64,000 bases of DNA, from assembly GCA_050008535.1 (NCBI GenBank), contig JBEKML010000001.1, positions 130,246-194,245 on the forward strand. The letters run 5' to 3'. Both the position numbers and the translations under genes were made by a program. The stretch comes from Minisyncoccia bacterium. GTDB lineage: Bacteria > Patescibacteriota > Minisyncoccia > UBA6257 > 2-01-FULL-56-20. The notes under the pieces are model-generated. The model was given only the letters and a program-made list of their open reading frames with translations. It made no database searches and was not told where the DNA came from. Of this stretch, positions 47,508 through 56,577 are shown in pieces. Numbering within the stretch: position 1 is the stretch's first letter; each line of letters opens with the position of its first letter.

Positions 47508-48509
47508 ATGAAGAAAATAAAAAACAATCTCAACAAGGACGATCAAAATATTGACCTTACCCTCCGGCCGACGAACTGGGACGAGTACGTCGGCCAAGAA
47601 AAGATCAAAAGCAATCTTAAGGTGATCCTCGAGGCGGCAAAGGGCCGCGGCGAGGCCGCAGACCATCTTTTGTTCTCCGGTCCTGCGGGGCTCGGAAAGA
47701 CGACGCTCGCCTATCTCGTTGCGCGCGAACTCGGCGGGATGGTGAAGACCACCTCCGGCCCCGCGCTTGAGAAGACCGGTGACCTTGCTGCTATTCTCAC
47801 CAATCTTTCGCCCGGCGAAATTCTTTTTATTGACGAAGCGCACCGTGTGAACCCGATAATTGAAGAAGTTTTGTATCCTGCGATGGAGTCGCGGAAATTG
47901 CATCTTGTGGTTGGGAAAGGCCCGTCGGCACGGACACTCTCGCTCGATCTGCCTCCCTTCACTCTGATCGCAGCCACGACGCGCGAGAATCTTCTTTCGC
48001 AGCCCTTGCGGTCGCGCTTCGGCGCTACGCTCCGCCTCGGATATTACACGATTGAGGACATAAAAAAGATATTGCACCGTTCGGCGAGGATTTTAAATAT
48101 TGAAGCGACGCCGGACGCGATCGAGATCCTTGCGCGCGCGGCGCGCGGGACGCCGCGCGTAGCCAACCGCCTCCTGCGCCGCGCGCGCGACTTCGCCGAA
48201 GTGCACGGCGCGAAGGTGATAGACGCCGAATCGGCCCTAAAAACCCTTGAAATGCTTGAAATTGACGAAGCGGGGCTGGAGCCGAACGATCGCCGGCTTT
48301 TAATGATCATTATTGAGAAATTCAACGGCGGCCCGGTGGGGATCAATACCCTTTCTGCAGCGCTTTCCGAGGACAAGGGCGTGATCGAAGACATCTACGA
48401 ACCGTATTTGATGACGCTCGGCTTCCTCCAGCGCTCCTCGGCCGGCCGTATCGTGCTGCCTGCGGCGTATAAGCATTTGAAAATTAGGGGCAAGGAGGAG
48501 CTGCTATAA
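47508..48509 (+). CDS. ruvB: Holliday junction branch migration helicase RuvB
   Basis: RPTNWDEYVGQEK and Walker A GPAGLGKTTLA. The start is placed at MKKIKNN. Confidence 0.9.
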   Translation: MKKIKNNLNKDDQNIDLTLRPTNWDEYVGQEKIKSNLKVILEAAKGRGEAADHLLFSGPAGLGKTTLAYLVARELGGMVKTTSGPALEKTGDLAAILTNLSPGEILFIDEAHRVNPIIEEVLYPAMESRKLHLVVGKGPSARTLSLDLPPFTLIAATTRENLLSQPLRSRFGATLRLGYYTIEDIKKILHRSARILNIEATPDAIEILARAARGTPRVANRLLRRARDFAEVHGAKVIDAESALKTLEMLEIDEAGLEPNDRRLLMIIIEKFNGGPVGINTLSAALSEDKGVIEDIYEPYLMTLGFLQRSSAGRIVLPAAYKHLKIRGKEELL

Positions 48510-48517
48510 GACCCGCG

Positions 48518-49492
48518 ATGCCCGGATTAATTCTCCTTTCTGTCGGAATCGCGGCGGTCATGGGCGGCATTTTTTGCATCGGCGTGATAATAATGAGCAA
48601 AGCGGCTCGGAAAAGTATGCCGTCTTCGGTTTCAGGAGGCGGGGCACTCGACGCGGGATCAAAAGACGGGCTCCCCGCTATCGATGAATCTATCGAGAAC
48701 GTCAGCGCGAGCACCAATCATTTTCTTCAGAAGCATCCTTCGTATATTGTCATCCCATTGGTTGTGGTGATTGTTCTTGAGGCGATATTTATTTTAGCGA
48801 GCGCAAGGGATCCCCGTGTTTATGTCGCTCCGCTCATCCTGCCATTGATCGGCTATAGTATCGCCCGAAATCGTATTCAGCACGAATTCATGAAGCAGTT
48901 CGCATCGGCGAACGGTTTTTCTTATACCCCGGGAGGTTCACTTGATGGTCTTGACGGATCTCTTTTTCAAATCGGCAACAGCCGGTCAGTGGCCGATGTT
49001 GTGAGCGGCCAATTTCAGAACCGACCCATTTCGCTTTTCACTTATACGTACGTGACCGGCTCCGGGAAATCCGAGCAAACTCACACCTACACGATCTATG
49101 AGCTGCAGTTCGACGTTACGCTTCCTGATATCCTGCTTGAAAACGCAAGCCATGCGTTCGGCGGATCACTATTCGAGAAATTATCAGGAAAGGAATTTAT
49201 CAAGCTCGAAGGCGATTTCAATAAATATTTTTCGCTGTGCATCCCCCGGGGATACGAAACGGAGGCGCTCGAGATATTTACGCCCGATGTCATGGAAGAG
49301 CTTATTGAAAAAGCCAAGGCGTTCAGCTTGGAGATCGTGAATGGCCACCTCTTCATCTATAACAACGGCACCGTGGGGACAAAGCAGGGCCTCTACGACC
49401 TCTATGCCCTCGCGCAATATTTCATTGAAAAACTAGGACCAGTGCTTGCGCGGATGAAACCGTCCGTTGAGGCGATGGAACAATTTAAATAG
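48518..49492 (+). CDS. Hypothetical membrane protein
   Basis: Two N-terminal TM helices and a C-terminal soluble domain. No motif recognised. Confidence 0.4.
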   Translation: MPGLILLSVGIAAVMGGIFCIGVIIMSKAARKSMPSSVSGGGALDAGSKDGLPAIDESIENVSASTNHFLQKHPSYIVIPLVVVIVLEAIFILASARDPRVYVAPLILPLIGYSIARNRIQHEFMKQFASANGFSYTPGGSLDGLDGSLFQIGNSRSVADVVSGQFQNRPISLFTYTYVTGSGKSEQTHTYTIYELQFDVTLPDILLENASHAFGGSLFEKLSGKEFIKLEGDFNKYFSLCIPRGYETEALEIFTPDVMEELIEKAKAFSLEIVNGHLFIYNNGTVGTKQGLYDLYALAQYFIEKLGPVLARMKPSVEAMEQFK

Positions 49493-49523
49493 TTTTTAAT
49501 CTTGGCACGTTATAGTTCTCTGC

Positions 49524-50096
49524 GTGGTCTTCATCAACGAATGGCTTCCGAATCCGGTTGGCGTGGACGCGGCCGGTGAATTCATAGAGCTTTACAACAG
49601 CGGGTCCGGCGCGGTTGGCTTGGATGGATGGGTTCTGGCGACGGGGAAGAATAAAAAGTTTTCGCTTATGGGGCGGAGCATTCCTGCGTATGGATATCTT
49701 GTTTTGAAAAAGAGTGCGACGAAATTGGCGCTGCGGAATGCGGACGGGGAGTTGTCGCTGTACGGTCCGGGCGGCGCTTTGGTTGATAGTGGTGATTTTT
49801 TAGGCAGCGCGCTCACGGGAAAAAGTTTCTCGCGCGTTGATTATGGCGTCGGCCCGGCGCAGCATTTTGCGTTCGTTGATCCGACGCCTGGCGCGCCGAA
49901 TAAAGCGACACCCATTGTGATTGCCGACCACACGTATCCTGTGGGCGTTCCTCTAGGCCATCAATTGGAAAGTTTTGGTTTTTTCGGGATAATGATGGGA
50001 ACGGCAGTGTTGTTCGTGGGACTTGTTGTTTATGTCATTAAAACAAACAAAGACCTATCGGAGCTTTTCTTCCGAAGAGACGAAGAGGTTTGGTGA
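49524..50096 (+). CDS. Lamin-tail-domain (LTD) protein with a C-terminal TM anchor
   Basis: INEWLPNPVGVDAAGEFIELYNSG is the characteristic LTD N-terminal strand motif. Confidence 0.6.
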   Translation: MVFINEWLPNPVGVDAAGEFIELYNSGSGAVGLDGWVLATGKNKKFSLMGRSIPAYGYLVLKKSATKLALRNADGELSLYGPGGALVDSGDFLGSALTGKSFSRVDYGVGPAQHFAFVDPTPGAPNKATPIVIADHTYPVGVPLGHQLESFGFFGIMMGTAVLFVGLVVYVIKTNKDLSELFFRRDEEVW

Positions 50097-50514
50097 AAAA
50101 CTTGGGAAGAAAATAAAACCAGGGGAGAACGCTGCGGTCTTTGCTCTGGCAGGCGAACTTGGTGCGGGGAAGACCACGTTCGTGCAGGGATTTTTCAGGG
50201 GGCTCGGCCTCAAAAAGCGGGCGCCAAGCCCTACGTTCATTATCATGCGGCGGCACGCTTTATCGCGTGTGCCGCATGCGGCGCGTACGCAGCGTAGATC
50301 ATTTACGGACGTTTTCCATGTGGATGCGTACCGCCTGAAAAGCGCGAAGCACCTTGCCGCGCTTGATTTTGAAAATGTTTTGTTGGATCCGTGGAACGTT
50401 GTGCTCATTGAGTGGGCTGACCGTGTAAAAAAGATCCTTCCCAAGGATACGGTTTGGTTGCATTTCCGGCACGGAAGGCATGAGAACGAAAGAAGTATTA
50501 TTATGAAGCGATAG
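50032..50514 (+). CDS. tsaE: tRNA threonylcarbamoyladenosine biosynthesis protein TsaE
   Basis: P-loop ALAGELGAGKTTFVQG. The start overlaps the 3' end of the LTD gene by about 65 nt. Confidence 0.75.
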   Translation: MSLKQTKTYRSFSSEETKRFGEKLGKKIKPGENAAVFALAGELGAGKTTFVQGFFRGLGLKKRAPSPTFIIMRRHALSRVPHAARTQRRSFTDVFHVDAYRLKSAKHLAALDFENVLLDPWNVVLIEWADRVKKILPKDTVWLHFRHGRHENERSIIMKR

Positions 50515-50526
50515 CGCCCGCCATCC

Positions 50527-51480
50527 ATGAAGACACTTCTCCTTATTGATGCGAATTCCATCATCCACCGCTCGTTCCACGCATTGCCGCCGTTCACGAC
50601 GCCTGACGGGCGGCCTTCCGGCGCGCTCTATGGCATCGCGAGCATCCTTTTAAAGCTTTGGCGCGAGGAGCGGCCGGAATACGCAGCGGCGCTGTTTGAC
50701 CGGCCGGAGCCGACCTTCCGCGACAAAATATATGCGGAATACAAAGCCCAGCGCCCGCCTACGGCCGACGAACTTATCTCGCAGATCATTGAAGCGCACA
50801 AATTATTTGGCGCGTTCGGGATAAAGACATTTGAGAAGCCGGGATTTGAAGCGGACGATCTTATCGCGACCCTCGCAGAAAAATTCGGCGGGAAGGAGGG
50901 AAACGGAGGGGACGACCTGCGCGTGGAGATACTCACCGGCGACCGCGACACGCTGCAGCTTGTGCGCGACGAGAAGATCGTGGTGAGGACCTTTAATAAG
51001 GGTGTGAGCGATACATCGATCTATGACGAAAAAGCGGTAATTGAAAAATACGGTCTTGCCCCGGCGCAGCTCGTTGATTACAAATCGCTTGTTGGCGACC
51101 CATCGGACAACATTAAGGGTGTGCCGGGCGTAGGACCAAAAACGGCGACGGAGCTGCTCAAAAAATTCGGCAGCGTAGAGGAAATCTATAAACACCTGCC
51201 GGACGACCCGAAATTGGAGAAAAGATTCGGGCAGTATAAAAAAGACGCGGAACTTTCCCGTGAACTTGTGGTGCTTGAGCGGCACGTGCCGGTGGAAGTG
51301 CCCACGCTTGAAGTTCTTACGACGGAAAAAGAGCCCGTCGGCACGAAGGCCTATTTTGAAACAATGGGGTTTGCCACGCTTTTGAAGCGGCTGGAAACCA
51401 AGGGAGTTCCACCGGCAAAGAGCGCGGCGGATGGTGCGGCAGATCATCCGACAAAAGGCATCCAGGGAAGGATTTTTTAG
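50527..51480 (+). CDS. 5'-3' exonuclease (FEN/Pol I N-terminal domain-like, stand-alone)
   Basis: LLLIDANSIIHRSFHA, FEADDLIATLA and a helix-3-turn-helix region. No polymerase domain. Confidence 0.85.
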   Translation: MKTLLLIDANSIIHRSFHALPPFTTPDGRPSGALYGIASILLKLWREERPEYAAALFDRPEPTFRDKIYAEYKAQRPPTADELISQIIEAHKLFGAFGIKTFEKPGFEADDLIATLAEKFGGKEGNGGDDLRVEILTGDRDTLQLVRDEKIVVRTFNKGVSDTSIYDEKAVIEKYGLAPAQLVDYKSLVGDPSDNIKGVPGVGPKTATELLKKFGSVEEIYKHLPDDPKLEKRFGQYKKDAELSRELVVLERHVPVEVPTLEVLTTEKEPVGTKAYFETMGFATLLKRLETKGVPPAKSAADGAADHPTKGIQGRIF

Positions 51481-52837
51481 TGGTACAATTAAAAGACGCT
51501 TGAACAGAGGATCCTCACGATTTAAAAAAATTATTGCGTGGCCGGAATTCCGGCCGGCCTGGGTTTTGCTTGCGACGGTCATTGCGGCGTTTATTCTCGA
51601 TGTCGCCGGCTTTTCGAACAACCTCCTCTTGTTCATTGAAGGAGGGCTCTTCGTCATTATTCTCGTCCTCGCGATGGCGACCGCCTATCGGGCGGCGGGG
51701 GCGGACCGGGATACCAAAGTCGAGCGCAACGAGCTCAAGAGCATTTTAGAGAGTTTGGATGACGCGTTGATCGTCTACGACGAGAATTTTCGGGCGGTCT
51801 TTTTTAATCCTACCGCCGAACGCCTCTTCAAGCTGTCCGCAAAAACCGTTCTTGGCCATGTGTTCGCCCCACAAGACATCGAACGGCAGGGATGGCGGAC
51901 GCTCGTCCAGGTCATCTTTCCGTCGCTCGCTCCCCGCGTGGTCACGCGCACAAAGGAAGGGGAATACCCGCAGGTACTTGATCTTTCCTTCACCGATCCG
52001 GCGTTGGAATTCCGCGTGACGACGGCGCCGATCAATGATGAGAACGGGCAATTGCTCGCGTTCATGAAAATCGTCCGTGACCGCACGGCGCAGATCACCG
52101 TGCTTCGTTCGCAGAGCGATTTCGTAACGGTGGCATCGCACCAACTCCGCGGTCCCCTCACTGACATCAATTGGGCGTTGCAGTCCCTCGCGCGCGCGCC
52201 GGAGCTTGCTGCGAACAACAAGGCTGTCGTTGAAAACGCGCTCGCCGCAAGCCAGGGACTCATTCAGCGCATCGAAGGCCTCCTTAACATCTCAAAAATG
52301 GAGGAAGGGCAGTTTGGTTATAAGTTCCAGGAAGCGGACATCATAGATTTTATAGGGAAGATCTTGGCGGGCGTTCTTCCCGCCACGCGCAAGGCGGGCG
52401 TGAAGATTTATTTTGATCGGCCGTCGGGGGAATTCCCCAAAATCGCCATTGACACAGAACGGCTCTCGCTCGCGCTCACCAATATCCTGGAAAATGCCAT
52501 ACGGTACAACGTGGAGAACGGCGAGGTAATCGTGAAAGTGGATGTGATGCCCGGAAAACCATTTATAGAGGTGAGCGTGAGAGATACGGGGATCGGCATC
52601 CCCCAGGAAGCCATAGGGAAAATTTTCACCAAATTCTATCGGGCGGACAATGCCATGAAGTCACAAACGGAGGGATCAGGGCTCGGCCTCTACATTGCAA
52701 AGAGCATTATAACGGCGCACGGCGGGGAAACTTGGGTGGAATCGGAACTGAATCGCGGCACCACCGTGCATTTTACGCTGCCGACCGATCTTAACCTTAT
52801 CCCCAAGCACGAAGGGGGTCCGGAGGGGTTCTATTAA
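51431..52837 (+). CDS. Sensor histidine kinase (TM + PAS-like + HisKA + HATPase_c), orphan
   Basis: H-box VASHQLRGPLTDI and a G2 box GSGLGLYIAKSII. The start is ambiguous (ATG 51431 overlaps the upstream gene; TTG at 51500 is possible). No response regulator is adjacent. Confidence 0.75.
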   Translation: MVRQIIRQKASREGFFSGTIKRRLNRGSSRFKKIIAWPEFRPAWVLLATVIAAFILDVAGFSNNLLLFIEGGLFVIILVLAMATAYRAAGADRDTKVERNELKSILESLDDALIVYDENFRAVFFNPTAERLFKLSAKTVLGHVFAPQDIERQGWRTLVQVIFPSLAPRVVTRTKEGEYPQVLDLSFTDPALEFRVTTAPINDENGQLLAFMKIVRDRTAQITVLRSQSDFVTVASHQLRGPLTDINWALQSLARAPELAANNKAVVENALAASQGLIQRIEGLLNISKMEEGQFGYKFQEADIIDFIGKILAGVLPATRKAGVKIYFDRPSGEFPKIAIDTERLSLALTNILENAIRYNVENGEVIVKVDVMPGKPFIEVSVRDTGIGIPQEAIGKIFTKFYRADNAMKSQTEGSGLGLYIAKSIITAHGGETWVESELNRGTTVHFTLPTDLNLIPKHEGGPEGFY

Positions 52838-52907
52838 TAATTCAATATCCACAGTTTTTGAGGTTTTGGCGCTTGCGGAGCTGCCGAAAAACGCGCACAA
52901 TCAGAAG

Positions 52908-54551
52908 GTGAAAACGCTGAAGTATATTTTTGTCGTCGGCGGGGTGATGTCGGGGGTTGGGAAAGGCGTCGCTGCGGCATCCATCGGAAAAATCTTGCAG
53001 TCGCGCGGGCTCGAGGTCACCTCCATCAAGATCGATCCTTATGTGAATGTTGACGCGGGCACCATGAACCCCACCGAGCACGGCGAGGTTTTTGTTTTGG
53101 ATGACGGCACGGAGTGCGATCAGGACATGGGGAACTACGAACGGTTCCTGAATAGAGATTTTTCCAAGGCTAATTATATGACGACGGGCAGCATATATCT
53201 TTCCGTGATCAATCGTGAAAGGAATCTGGGATACGGCGGCCGCTGCGTGGAGGTGGTGCCCGATATCCCTCTCGAGGTCATCCGCCGGATTCGGGAGGCG
53301 GCGCGGATAAATAGGGCGGACATCGCCGTCATAGAAGTCGGGGGGACCGCGGGGGAATATCAAAACATCCTTTTCCTCGAAGCCATCAGGATCTTAAAAG
53401 TGAAGCATCCGCACGACGTTCTCCTTGTCCTTGTGAGCCATGTGCCGTCTTTGGGGGCCGGCGGTACGGAGCTCAAAACGAAACCAACGCAATATGCCGC
53501 CCGGACCCTCAACGGTGCCGGCTTGCAAGCGGATTTGATCCTTGGCCGCGCGACGATCCCGCTGGACGAGAAACGAAAAGAGAAGATCGCGTTTGTCTGC
53601 GGATTGGTCTCAAAGGAAGACGTGATCTCTGCGCCCGACGTTTCAAATTTGTACGAGATCCCCGTTAATTTTGAAAGAGACAAGTTGGGAGAAAGAATTT
53701 TGCAGAAACTTTCCCTCCGCGCAGGCAAGAGGGACCTCAAGGATTGGAAGCGCTTCGCGGAACGGGTCCGCGGCGCGAAAAACGTGGTGAAGATAGGCAT
53801 CGTTGGCAAATATTTCTCGAGCGGCAAGTTTATCCTCACCGATTCCTATATCTCGGTGATCGAGGCGATCAAGCATGCGGCGGCGCACTGGAAAGTGAGG
53901 CCGGTCATTGAGTGGCTGGAGTCGGAGCAGTTCGAAAAAGGCAAGCGGCAACTTCGAAAATTGGACGAGTATGCCGGCATCATCGTGCCGGGTGGTTTCG
54001 GGAGCCGCGGCATCGAAGGAAAACTGGCCGCCATCCGGTATTGCAGGGAAAACAAGATTCCTTATCTCGGGCTTTGCTACGGGATGCAGCTCGCTGTCGT
54101 GGAATTCGCACGGGACGTTTTGAAGCTTCGCGGCGCGAATACGACGGAGATCGATCCAAAGACCAAGTACCCCGTGATAGACATCCTTCCCGAGCAGAAA
54201 AAATTGATGGAAGAAAAGAATTACGGCGGTACCATGCGGCTCGGCGCCTATCCGGCCGTCCTGAAGAAGGGGACGATCGCGCAGGCGGCCTATGGGAAAA
54301 CCAGCATTTCCGAGCGGCATCGACACCGCTACGAAGTGAATCCTGTTTTCATCAAGCGTCTTGAAAGCAAGGGAATGGTGTTTTCCGGCCAGTCGCCCGA
54401 CCGGCGCCTGATGGAGATAATGGAGCTTCCCCGCGAGAAACATCCGTTCTTCGCCGGCTCTCAATTCCATCCCGAGCTCAAATCACGGCCGCTCAATCCA
54501 CATCCGTTGTTCCGCGAGTTCATGCACGCGGCCGCGAAACGGAAGGTTTAG
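52908..54551 (+). CDS. pyrG: CTP synthase
   Basis: KYIFVVGGVMSGVGKG synthetase domain and a C-terminal glutamine amidotransferase domain (GLCYGMQL). A GTG start at 52908 is preferred over the upstream ATG at 52866. Confidence 0.9.
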   Translation: MKTLKYIFVVGGVMSGVGKGVAAASIGKILQSRGLEVTSIKIDPYVNVDAGTMNPTEHGEVFVLDDGTECDQDMGNYERFLNRDFSKANYMTTGSIYLSVINRERNLGYGGRCVEVVPDIPLEVIRRIREAARINRADIAVIEVGGTAGEYQNILFLEAIRILKVKHPHDVLLVLVSHVPSLGAGGTELKTKPTQYAARTLNGAGLQADLILGRATIPLDEKRKEKIAFVCGLVSKEDVISAPDVSNLYEIPVNFERDKLGERILQKLSLRAGKRDLKDWKRFAERVRGAKNVVKIGIVGKYFSSGKFILTDSYISVIEAIKHAAAHWKVRPVIEWLESEQFEKGKRQLRKLDEYAGIIVPGGFGSRGIEGKLAAIRYCRENKIPYLGLCYGMQLAVVEFARDVLKLRGANTTEIDPKTKYPVIDILPEQKKLMEEKNYGGTMRLGAYPAVLKKGTIAQAAYGKTSISERHRHRYEVNPVFIKRLESKGMVFSGQSPDRRLMEIMELPREKHPFFAGSQFHPELKSRPLNPHPLFREFMHAAAKRKV

Positions 54552-54592
54552 CGTTTTGAAATCGCGCCGCCGCGCGGTATCATCATTCTTGT

Positions 54593-55408
54593 ATGTTCAT
54601 CTTCCTCTACGGGCCGGACGACTATCGCCGGATACAAAAGAAAAAAGAGATCATAGCGGAGTTCAAGAAGAAACATTCCGCATTCGGACTCGGCATTTTT
54701 GATCTTGAGGCCGACGGCGGCATTGATAATTTTTTGGCATTTGCGGGAAGCCAGTCCATTTTCGAAACGGCGAAGCTCGCGGTTTTGGAGAACGCGTTCG
54801 TGCCGGAGGCGGAGAAGCTTGCGAAGATGTTAAAGCCGCTTGCGGCCGAAAAGGGGACCACTATTTTACTTGCCGAGAGAGAGAAGCCGGTGAAGGCATT
54901 TTCGTTTCTCCTTGAAAAGCCGTCACTCGCGCAAAAATTTGAAAATTTGGAGGGGCCGGAATGGGGCGCGTTTATAAGATCCGAGGCACAGAAGATCGAT
55001 CTGAGATTGGAAGGATCCGCGGTGCAATTTTTGGGGACGGTGTATCAGGGAAATTCCTGGGCTCTCGTCACGGAGCTTCAAAAACTAAGCGCACTCAAGG
55101 CGTCGCGCGGGCGCGGCGGCGAAGCGGCTCATGCGGCGACCGTTGAAAAAGGGGATCTGGACGTGCTTGACCTCGAAGCCGCGCCGAATTACTGGGCGCT
55201 CATAAACGGCCTCAAGAGCTATGACGCGCGGACACGCCTTTTTGCGCTTGAAAAATTATTCGCCGCGAACGACCCGCCGCCGAAAATTTTCAACATTTTG
55301 GCCGCGCAGGCGGGTGAAAAAATCCCGCGCATGGCGGAATATGACCTTGCGGTGAAATCGGGGAAAATGGATTACGAGGAAGTCTTGCTTGACCTTGCGA
55401 TCAGTTGA
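54593..55408 (+). CDS. holA: DNA polymerase III delta subunit (HolA)-like
   Basis: MFIFLYGPDDYRRIQKKKEI N-terminus, size and clamp-loader delta-like pattern. Confidence 0.55.
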   Translation: MFIFLYGPDDYRRIQKKKEIIAEFKKKHSAFGLGIFDLEADGGIDNFLAFAGSQSIFETAKLAVLENAFVPEAEKLAKMLKPLAAEKGTTILLAEREKPVKAFSFLLEKPSLAQKFENLEGPEWGAFIRSEAQKIDLRLEGSAVQFLGTVYQGNSWALVTELQKLSALKASRGRGGEAAHAATVEKGDLDVLDLEAAPNYWALINGLKSYDARTRLFALEKLFAANDPPPKIFNILAAQAGEKIPRMAEYDLAVKSGKMDYEEVLLDLAIS

Positions 55409-55647
55409 GCGAGGCGTGATTTCAGCCGATTCGCCTTATTTTTTTCGATCACCCTTGTTTTCACCGCCTTATCAAGCGCCCTGAAGACCGACGGCAGCAT
55501 TTTTTGCGCCTCGTCCATCTTTTTGCCGGCGACCAATTTCCGGTAGCTCGTAACCGCCTTTTTATAGGCCTCTTTCTTTACGACGTTCCGTGCGCGCCGC
55601 GTCAAGTTCTGCCGCCAGGCCTTTTTCGCCGATGAAGTGATTGGCAT
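55372..55647 (-). CDS. rpsT: 30S ribosomal protein S20
   Basis: An 91-aa basic protein, MPITSSAKKAWRQNLTRRARN. Its 3' end overlaps holA convergently by 37 nt. Confidence 0.85.
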   Translation of the reverse strand: MPITSSAKKAWRQNLTRRARNVVKKEAYKKAVTSYRKLVAGKKMDEAQKMLPSVFRALDKAVKTRVIEKNKANRLKSRLAQLIARSSKTSS

Positions 55648-55689
55648 ATAGGGCTAAGAATACAGGGAAAATCAGGCAAAGACAATGGC

Positions 55690-55718
55690 TTGACACAGTA
55701 TGTTTTATATGCTAACAT
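55690..55718 (+). promoter_or_regulatory. Sigma70-like promoter TTGACA-N17-TAACAT upstream of a small ORF
   Basis: ttgaca at 55690-55695 and taacat at 55713-55718. An RBS aaggagg follows at 55724-55730. Confidence 0.45.
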
Positions 55719-55741
55719 TTGGCAAGGAGGCGGTAGTCATC

Positions 55742-55870
55742 ATGAAGAAGAGCGTAGCACTTCTTGTGTGTATCGGTTTCTTCTGGATATTGCTCTCATC
55801 GTCCACGTGGCAATTCCTCGCGGACAAGATGAGCGGCATCGCGCGGCTCCTGGCGGGAGCCGCACGATAA
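55742..55870 (+). CDS. Small hydrophobic ORF (43 aa, MKKSVALLVCIGFFWILLSSSTWQFLADKMSGIARLLAGAAR) with a strong SD
   Basis: Hand-translated; it falls below the 60-aa cutoff of the ORF track. It has a signal-peptide-like or single-TM character. Confidence 0.35.
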   Translation: MKKSVALLVCIGFFWILLSSSTWQFLADKMSGIARLLAGAAR

Positions 55871-55983
55871 GCGCGGAATGCACATTTCCGCCCGGATACG
55901 GGCCCCTGGCGACAGCGGGCCCTTCAAGTTTTTTTAGCCTTTCTTTTTGGGGTCTTTCATGGAATTTGCGGTATACTTTGAAT

Positions 55984-56562
55984 ATGCTTTACAGCGTTTC
56001 GGGAAAAGTGGCACTAAAGTCCGACCGGTTCGCCGTGATTGAGGCGGGAGGATTGGGCTTGAAAATTTCAATGAGCGGACGGACCCTTGCGGCATTGCCT
56101 GCCGCGGGGAACGGAGCGAAGATTTTTACCTATCTGCATATGCGCGAGGACGGACTGGAACTCTACGGTTTTTTGTCAGAAAAGGACCTCGCGTTTTTTG
56201 AGATGCTTATTTCGGTATCGGGCGTGGGGCCGCGGTCGGCGCTTGCGATTCTGGACGTGGCAAAGTTGGACGAGCTTGCAGCGGCAATAAAAGAAGGCCG
56301 GCCGGATTTGCTCACCCGCGCGTCCGGCATCGGGAGGAAAACGGCGGAGCGGATCATCGTGGAACTCCGTACAAAAGTCCAATCCGCGAAATCGGGACTG
56401 GTTATTGAAAAAATGGAAGGCGATGCGGATATTGTTGAGGCGCTTACGAATCTTGGCTATCGGCGCGAGGAGGCGCGCGCGGCACTTGCAAAAGTAGATC
56501 AGAAAATACGCGGCACGGAGGAGCGCCTCAAGGCCGCGCTTGCGATACTTTCAAAAAAATAG
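55984..56562 (+). CDS. ruvA: Holliday junction DNA helicase RuvA
   Basis: OB-fold N-terminus, the two HhH motifs (ISVSGVGPRSALAIL, ASGIGRKTAERIIVEL) and a C-terminal domain III. The start is at the internal ATG 55984. Confidence 0.85.
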   Translation: MLYSVSGKVALKSDRFAVIEAGGLGLKISMSGRTLAALPAAGNGAKIFTYLHMREDGLELYGFLSEKDLAFFEMLISVSGVGPRSALAILDVAKLDELAAAIKEGRPDLLTRASGIGRKTAERIIVELRTKVQSAKSGLVIEKMEGDADIVEALTNLGYRREEARAALAKVDQKIRGTEERLKAALAILSKK

Positions 56563-56577
56563 CTCAAGAACGACCGT

